Assembly (NCBI GenBank): GCA_031581485.1
Contig: JAVLBA010000005.1
Location: 1,280-65,279, forward strand
Source of the DNA: Desulfurivibrionaceae bacterium
Lineage (GTDB): Bacteria; Desulfobacterota; Desulfobulbia; Desulfobulbales; SURF-16
Length of the DNA stretch: 64,000 nt
Direction: 5' to 3'
Under the pieces are notes generated by a model that worked only from the letters and a program-made list of their open reading frames with translations, searched no databases and was not told where the DNA came from. Positions within the stretch are counted from its first letter, which is position 1. Each line of letters starts with the position of its first letter. The translations under genes and the position numbers were made by a program. Shown piece after piece: positions 57,979-64,000 of the stretch.

Positions 57979-60009
57979 TCAGGTTTTGCTGATGTGGACG
58001 GCGCAGACCTTATATTCAGGACACTGCGCCAAGGGGTCCCAGGTGTCGATGCAGAGCTTGTTGATCGGCGCCTCGGCAAAATGGAAGGTGGTATATACCG
58101 AACCCGGCGGCACCTGGTCGCTGATTTCGGCGGCCAGCTGAATCATGCCGCGCCTGGAGGCAACCTCCAGCATATCGCCGTTGCGGATCCTCAGTTTGTG
58201 GGCGTCGGCTTTGTTGATCTGCAGCAGGGCCTGGTTGCACTCCCGGTTCAGGGTGCTGCTTTTCCGGGTCATGGTGCCGGTGTGGTAATGATGATAGATC
58301 CGGCCGGTGATCAGCATAAAGGGGTACTCCTGGTCGGGTGGTTCGCTGGGGGGCTGGTGGTCGGCAGGCACGAAATGGCCCTTGCCCCGGGTAAAATAGT
58401 ATTTATGGAGAAAGGGCGTGCCTGGATGGCTGCGGTCCCAGCAGGGCCATTGCAGGCCCCAGCACTTCTCCAGACGATCATGATGCATACCGCCATAAAT
58501 GGGGGCGAGCATGGATATTTCCTCCATGATCTCGGCCGGGGAGTCGTAATACATGGGGTACCCCAGACGCTGGGAAAGGGCGCTGATAATATCCGCATCG
58601 GTGCGACAGTTACCAAGCGGCGCGATGGCCGGCCGCACCATTTGCACCCGCCGTTCCGAATTGGTAAAGGTGCCGATCTTCTCGGCAAAGGAGGCGGCCG
58701 GCAAGACCACGTGGGCCAGTTGGGCGGTTTCGCTGAGAAAGATATCGGCGACAACCAGAAAATCAAGATTGGTCAAAGTCTCTTGAACCTTGGACAGCAC
58801 CGGGTCACTGAGCATGGGATTTTCGCCCATGATATACATGGCGCGGATGGGGCCGGCTTTGCCGCCATGGGTCATTTCCAGCAGAGAAAGGCCTGCTGTG
58901 CCGGGCAAAGCAACATTCCAGGCCCTTTCGAATTTTTCCCGGTAATCATCATTGCCCACCGCTTGATAGCTCGGAAAAACATTGGGCAACGCCCCCATAT
59001 CGCAGGCACCCTGGACATTGTTCTGGCCGCGCAGGGGGTCAACCCCGGCATCTTCTTTTTCGATGTTACCGGTCATCATCGCCAGATTGGCCAGGGCCTG
59101 GACGTTTCTGGTGCCGCAGATATGCTGGGTGATGCCCAGGCAATAACAGATAACAGCTTTCTGGGCCTGGGCATAAAGCTGGGCCGCCTTGTTGATGCTT
59201 TCCAGATCCACGCCGGTGATCTCCGCCATCTCATCAAGGTCCAGGCGGTAGAGCATGTCGCGCAGCTTGTAGTAGTTTTCGGTGCGCATCTCCACAAAGA
59301 GATCGTCAACCAGGTTCTCGTCCAGGATGATGCGCATCATGGCGTTAAGCAGGGGGATGTCGGTGCCCGGCCTGATGGCCAGATGGATGTCGGCCAATTC
59401 GGCCAGCAGGGTTTTTCTGGGATCAATGACGATCAGTTTGGCGCCGCCATCAACGGCAGCCAGCATCCTGCGGGCCACCTGGGGATGGGCCTCGGTGGTA
59501 TTTGAGCCGCTGACCAGGATAACCTGGGCATTTTCAATCTCATTGATGGAGTTGGTCATGGCGCCGCTGCCGAATGTGGAGGCAAGACCTGCCACCGTGG
59601 GAGCGTGTCAGAGGCGGGCGCAATGGTCGATGTTGTTGGTCTGCAGCACCGCCCTGGTGAATTTCTGCAGCAGATAATTTTCTTCGTTGGTGCATTTGGC
59701 CGAGGAGAGTACCCCGATGCCCTGGCCGGAAGTCGTGTCGCGAATGCGGCCAAGCTCCGTGGCGGTATAGTCCAAGGCCTCGTCCCAGCTCGCCTGCGTA
59801 AGCACACCGTTTTTTCTGATCAGCGGTTCGGTGAGACGGTCCGGGTGGTGGATAAACTCATGCAGATGCCAACCCTTGACGCACAGGTTGTTACGGGAAA
59901 TAGGGTGGTTGCGGCTGGCAGTGGAGCCAACCACCCGGCCCTTTTCTTCATGGAGATACACCCCGCAGCCGCAGCCGCAATATACACACGTGGTCAAAAT
60001 GTCGGGCAT
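57979..60009 (-). CDS. fdhA: formate dehydrogenase catalytic subunit (Mo/W-bisPGD), selenocysteine-containing, cytoplasmic type; Sec codon TGA at 59610..59608
   Basis: Track ORFs 59608..60009 and 57979..59595 share one frame. The joined sequence reads ...[31 protein letters not shown]..., the canonical FDH Sec motif. The N-terminus is the 4Fe-4S motif CVYCGCGCG, with no twin-arginine signal. 676 aa. Confidence 0.88.
59578..59596 (-). promoter_or_regulatory. bacterial SECIS hairpin of fdhA
   Basis: Minus strand GGUGGCA-GGUCU-UGCCUCC. There is a U-U mismatch at position 17 from the UGA and G22 G23 U24 C25 in the loop, the same register as the E. coli fdhF SECIS as I recall it. Confidence 0.65.
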
Positions 60010-60498
60010 GGCCTTGATCCTTGGTGTTGCTATTTATCCCTGAATAAATCCGTGTATATATCGTATTAGAAAATGAGCATCTTTGGCAACGCAAAGGGGG
60101 CAGAACGGCCGTAAAGTTCACTTTCAGCTTTTGTTCTGTCTATCGGAGCGTTCCCAAGGCAGCATGCTTAATTGTTGACGGATCATAGCTGTTGCCCCGG
60201 ACAGCTCCTTCTACATTAATGATTCTTCATATTTCCAGATAATTAGCGTGGCCAGGCCCCCTTTTGGGGTGTCAGGCCCAGATTGTCGAGATACTAGAGA
60301 TAGTCGTCATCGCCCGCAAAAACAACCTGGCGGTTGTGCCCGCCTGGAATAATATGATTAAATATGGTTTCTCCTGAATTCCAGAGGGGATAAAGAAACC
60401 ACGAAGGTCAACAACCGCTGTGAACCCTTTTCTTCATTATGCTTTTCAAGAGTTGAGCCGCGGCTCTGCGAACCAGAAACAGAGAAGGAGGATTTCCC

Positions 60499-60891
60499 AT
60501 GAAAAAGAGCATGGTCTATTTTGCGGCAGGTAGTCTGGGAGGAGTGGTTAATGGCCTGGCGGTCTGGTTTTTCGGCGCCGTGGGGATTACCGGGGCGGTG
60601 GGGGTGGCAATCGCGCCGGCCCTGACCGCAAACTTTCTGTATCCCCGCATCGTCTGGGGCGGCCTCTGGGGATTGCTGTTCCTGCTGCCGCTCAAGAATA
60701 TGAATATCTTCACCAAAGGGGCTTTGCTCAGTCTCGCCCCCACCGCCATCCAGCTGTTTGTCGTTTTCCCCCTGAAGACCCACCAGGGTGTGGCCGGATT
60801 GGAACTTGGCTTGGCAACCCCTCTTTTTGCCTTGTTCGTCAACTGGATCTGGGGAGTCGCCACGGCTTTCGCCATTAAAATAGCAAGGTAA
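60499..60891 (+). CDS. hypothetical 4-TM membrane protein
   Basis: AAGGAGG RBS. Gly/Ala-rich TM helices. No family recognised. Confidence 0.5.
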   Translation: MKKSMVYFAAGSLGGVVNGLAVWFFGAVGITGAVGVAIAPALTANFLYPRIVWGGLWGLLFLLPLKNMNIFTKGALLSLAPTAIQLFVVFPLKTHQGVAGLELGLATPLFALFVNWIWGVATAFAIKIAR

Positions 60892-60985
60892 GGAGATTCC
60901 AAGAGCCATAAATAAGTAAGGTGTCTCCCGAACTCTCGAGAGCCTATAATTTCGCTCGCCAACCGGTCAGCAAAGGAGTGGAAAA

Positions 60986-62821
60986 TTGGAGCGCAAAGGA
61001 AAATTAGGAAAGCTTTTGCTGGAGCGGGAAGTCATCTCGCAAGAACAGCTTGATGACGCCCTTGCCCAACAGGGTGAACTGGGGCTGCCCCTTGGTGAGA
61101 CCCTGATCCGCCTGGATTACATAAATGAAAATCAACTGCTTGATTTCCTCAGCCGGCAGCTCAAGGTCGATTTCATAAATCTCTCCGAAAATGATTACCA
61201 GGTGATCGACCGGTCGCTGATCAATCTCCTTACCCGGGATCTCTGCAGGCGCTACCAGATCCTGCCCCTCTTCCTTTTTGAAATCGACGACACCAGGCAG
61301 CTTACTCTTGCCATGACCGATCCCCTCGACGCGGATGCCGTTCATGAGGTGGAGAACAAAACCGACTGCCTGGTTACTCCGGTCCTGACCATTTCCTCGG
61401 ACCTGGAGGAGGGTATCGAGAGGCTGTTCGGGGGCGGTTTCTTCCCGTCGCGGTTCGGCGCTGAAACCCGGCCGCTGATCGAGGAAAACCGGGTGTTGTT
61501 CATGAACCGGCTGCTTGCCCAGGCCATCCAGCTCTACGCAAGCGACATCCACGTCGAGCCCCATACCAGGGAAGCGCATATCCGCTACCGGATCGACGGA
61601 GTGCTCCATCTGATGCAGACTATACCCCTGGAGACGATGCCGCCCCTCATCACCCTGCTGAAGATCATGGGCAGTCAACATCATACTACCATGCGGCTGG
61701 ATAAGAAAAACATCCCCCACGAGGGTTCCTTTGCCAGAATTATCGGGGGGCATGCCGTCGACTTTCGGGTCAGCACTTTTCCGACCATCCACGGGGAAAA
61801 GGCGGCGGTGCGGATCCTGGATAAAAACAGCCGGGTCGCGATCAGCACCACCGCGGATCTGGAGATGGCGCCGAAAACCTTGCGCATTTTTCTGAGCTGC
61901 ATCAGACAGGCGAGCGGCATCGTCATTGCCACCGGCCCCACCGGCAGCGGCAAGACCACCACCCTCCATGCCGCAATCAACGAGATCAACGATGTGGGAC
62001 TGAATATCGTGACCATTGAAGACCCGGTCGAATACCATGCCGCTGATTTCGTCAACCAGAGCACCCTCCTGCCCCAGGCCGGCTTTACCTACCCCCTGGC
62101 CATGCACGCGGTGTTGCGCCAAGATCCCGATGTGATTCTGGTCGGCGAGGTCAGGGATCTGGAAACGGCCCGGGTGGTGATCCAGGCCGCCTTGACCGGC
62201 CACCTGGTTTTGACCACCATGCATACCGATGATGCGGCCGGGGCGGTGGTAAGGCTGGTGGATCTCGGTATCGAGGAGTTCCTGGTCTCGTCGACGGTGG
62301 TCTCCTCCATCAACCAGCGGCTGGTCAGAAAGAATTGCCCGGACTGCTCGAAAAAATACACCCCCGGGCGGGAAGAGCTGGAGGATATCGGCATCGATGC
62401 CGGGGTGGCCGAGGAGATCGTCAAGGACAGGATCCTCTACAATATCCGCAAGGGCAAAGGCTGTCAGCAATGCCGGCACACCGGCTACCGGGGCCGGCAC
62501 GGTGTGTATGAGTTTCTCTCGGTAAACCCGCCGATCAAAAAGATGATCCGGGACAAGGTCACCTCCGACGTCATTTCCTCCACGGCCAGGGAGCTGCAGG
62601 ATATCAATATGCTCTTCGAGGACGGCCTGCGGCTGGTCCTCTCCGGGATAACCACCTTCGATGAGCTGCGCCGCATTCCCAGGGGAGATTATTCCTTGAA
62701 AAGCCCTGCCGGGATCTTCAAGACGGCGGGGATCGATGCCTATCCCAAAAAAAGGAAAAAGAGCAAGAGCGTCGGCGCCAAAAGCGGCCGGAAGAAGGGG
62801 CCGCCGGGCAAGACCAAGTGA
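60986..62821 (+). CDS. GspE/PilB/MshE-family secretion ATPase with N-terminal tandem MshEN-like motifs
   Basis: TTG start with AAGGAG upstream. N-terminal KLGKLLLEREVISQEQLDDALAQQ and PLGETLIRLDYINENQLLDFLSRQ. Walker A GPTGSGKTTT, Asp/His boxes, tetracysteine CPDC...CQQC, and a Lys-rich tail KKRKKSKSVGAKSGRKKGPPGKTK. Confidence 0.88.
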   Translation: MERKGKLGKLLLEREVISQEQLDDALAQQGELGLPLGETLIRLDYINENQLLDFLSRQLKVDFINLSENDYQVIDRSLINLLTRDLCRRYQILPLFLFEIDDTRQLTLAMTDPLDADAVHEVENKTDCLVTPVLTISSDLEEGIERLFGGGFFPSRFGAETRPLIEENRVLFMNRLLAQAIQLYASDIHVEPHTREAHIRYRIDGVLHLMQTIPLETMPPLITLLKIMGSQHHTTMRLDKKNIPHEGSFARIIGGHAVDFRVSTFPTIHGEKAAVRILDKNSRVAISTTADLEMAPKTLRIFLSCIRQASGIVIATGPTGSGKTTTLHAAINEINDVGLNIVTIEDPVEYHAADFVNQSTLLPQAGFTYPLAMHAVLRQDPDVILVGEVRDLETARVVIQAALTGHLVLTTMHTDDAAGAVVRLVDLGIEEFLVSSTVVSSINQRLVRKNCPDCSKKYTPGREELEDIGIDAGVAEEIVKDRILYNIRKGKGCQQCRHTGYRGRHGVYEFLSVNPPIKKMIRDKVTSDVISSTARELQDINMLFEDGLRLVLSGITTFDELRRIPRGDYSLKSPAGIFKTAGIDAYPKKRKKSKSVGAKSGRKKGPPGKTK

Positions 62822-62893
62822 TTCAAGGCTGGCCGGGCGCCTGTACGGGTCTGCTGCGAAGGAACATCCACCACTGTCGGTAGCCAAACAGGG

Positions 62894-63451
62894 TCATCCA
62901 TCAAAAGGCCCTTGACCCCAAACAAAGTCTTTTTTTTCAGTTTCGTCCGGCATAAACCATTCCACGGCAAGTCCCAGCGGGATGGCCAGCAGGATGGTCA
63001 GGCCACCACGAACCAGGGCAAAGGGAAAACCGAGAAACTCCGCCTCAATGGGCAGCATCTGCGGCTTAATTGCCCAAGCGGCCAGGACAATGGCGACCAC
63101 GGCCCATCGTGCCCCAAGACGGCGCAGACTCATAAGGAGTGGAAAAATGACATAGGATGGGCCGATGAGAATGGATCCGCAGACAACGGCAATCAACAAC
63201 CCCTTGAAACCGCCTTCCTTGCCGAGCAGGGAGCCGATTAAATCGCGGTTAACCCAGACCTGGATCAGGCCAATCAGGGCAAATACCGCTATGATAAGAA
63301 TAGTTACCGAGGCAAAGAGGTTTGCCCCATACTTTAGAGCCTCAAGGGCCTTGTGAGGAGAAACATACCAGGCCCCCAGGTAAAGACAACCTACGAACAA
63401 GATTATGTATTGCCGGAAGAGCCAGCCCAGGAAATTTTTAGCCCAGTTCAT
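62894..63451 (-). CDS. permease subunit (second half of a split permease)
   Basis: Polytopic membrane protein with sequence pattern paralogous to the upstream ORF (LPIEAEFLGFPFALVRGGLT versus LPFEAEIFSWRFALVRNGLT). 4-nt overlap with it. Confidence 0.6.
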   Translation of the reverse strand: MNWAKNFLGWLFRQYIILFVGCLYLGAWYVSPHKALEALKYGANLFASVTILIIAVFALIGLIQVWVNRDLIGSLLGKEGGFKGLLIAVVCGSILIGPSYVIFPLLMSLRRLGARWAVVAIVLAAWAIKPQMLPIEAEFLGFPFALVRGGLTILLAIPLGLAVEWFMPDETEKKDFVWGQGPFDG

Positions 63452-63945
63452 AGCAGACCTCCAAGCAAGAGACCCGAAAAAAGTGCGGCAATAAAAGTCA
63501 GTCCGTTGCGGACCAGGGCAAAGCGCCAGCTGAAAATTTCGGCTTCAAACGGTAAAGTCACTACTCCCACTGAAATCCACGCCAGGATAAAGGCCGCCAC
63601 CGTTGGCGGCCAGGCGCCATTAGCCAGAAGTGAACCGGCAAGGGGATATGCCGCAAGCGGTGGGCCGATGGCAATAGCGCCGAGCAGGCCGCCCATGAGC
63701 AGAGACAGGGGGCGATTCCCCTTTCCCAATACCGATTCGATCAACTCGGGCGGCAGAAATTCTTGAACCAGGCCGACCAGGGCAAAGATAGCCAGGAGCA
63801 AGGGCAGAATATTAAGCAAGGCTCGGGCGCCGCTCTTAATTGCGACCTGTGCCTTCTGTTTATCACGACTCAATGTCCACAGGTAGGCGAGGCCGACCAG
63901 AAGCAGATAGGTCAGACCTGTATGGACAATACTCATTGTGGCCAC
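63448..63945 (-). CDS. permease subunit (first half of a split permease)
   Basis: Polytopic membrane protein, paralogous to the 62894..63451 product. Confidence 0.6.
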   Translation of the reverse strand: MATMSIVHTGLTYLLLVGLAYLWTLSRDKQKAQVAIKSGARALLNILPLLLAIFALVGLVQEFLPPELIESVLGKGNRPLSLLMGGLLGAIAIGPPLAAYPLAGSLLANGAWPPTVAAFILAWISVGVVTLPFEAEIFSWRFALVRNGLTFIAALFSGLLLGGLL

Positions 63946-64000
63946 TCCCTAGCATCACTAAGCGCTGAGCTTCTTTTTCCTGCCGCCCTGGGCTTTTTAT

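Noticed and set aside
57727-59505. 592-aa plus-strand ORF, and similarly 61004..62887 (-, 627 aa), 87..944 (+), 1510..2487 (+), 14815..15936 (+), 20786..21940 (+), 22493..23641 (-), 25594..26547 (-), 29817..31298 (-).
   Set aside because: Each lies antisense to a gene with clear family motifs (fdhA, gspE, sigma-54 activator, DUF3108, chaN, the 450-aa gene, topB, ftsH, copA) and has low-complexity, motif-free translation.
1-64000. Scan for CRISPR repeats, tRNA/rRNA/tmRNA signatures, IS elements, integrases and phage genes.
   Set aside because: No regularly spaced direct repeats, no GGTTCGAATCC-type T-arm motifs, no rRNA-like conserved blocks, and no transposase/integrase/phage-structural translations were recognised. 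The only repeat found is the 271-bp ferredoxin duplication.

Overview
64-kb, densely coding chromosomal segment with about 55 protein genes. GC is roughly 55-60% from a few hand-counted rows. I recognised no rRNA, tRNA, CRISPR array, transposase or integrase. All functional calls come from reading motifs in the supplied translations and the DNA; no database search was possible. Gene content (two UGA-selenocysteine genes, rubrerythrin, a cytoplasmic formate dehydrogenase with AsrAB/sulfhydrogenase-type partners, a RACo-like ASKHA protein, a sigma-54 activator, standalone AsnC-RAM protein) suggests an anaerobic Desulfobacterota (Desulfobulbales-like) genome; this is inference only. Blocks in order: (1) partial PilZ-PAS-PAS-sigma54 activator, DUF3108 protein, lipoprotein; (2) orphan CbbQ/NorQ AAA+ plus NorD/CbbO VWA pair, alanine dehydrogenase; (3) redox-stress genes: Sec-peroxiredoxin, DsrE-like CxxC protein, rubrerythrin, and a minus-strand MFS/hydroxyacid-DH/Fe-ADH operon; (4) ChaN-PDZ lipoprotein, AP-superfamily enzyme, and a nucleic-acid-related cluster (3'-5' exonuclease, VF530, DUF504, CvfB, GNAT); (5) topB, ftsH; (6) ARH plus UDG-like pair, then a copper block (copA, copB, duplicated ferredoxins, DUF4079, cupredoxin); (7) a long minus-strand GlgE-pathway alpha-glucan operon (glgE, treS-pep2, glgB, malQ, MFS, mgtE); (8) cfa, ABC-F, PFK-2/FBPase-2 homolog, PP2C; (9) fdhA(Sec)-hydB-like-hydG-like-RACo-like operon; (10) orphan GspE/MshE-like ATPase and a split permease pair. 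The points I consider most worth follow-up are the two selenoprotein genes that the ORF track splits at TGA, the unusual FDH operon with a RACo-type activator, the UDG-like/ARH pair, the Sec-Prx/DsrE-like pair and the PilZ-PAS(Cys) sigma-54 regulator. Many long ORFs in the track are antisense shadow ORFs of this GC-rich DNA and are not reported as genes.
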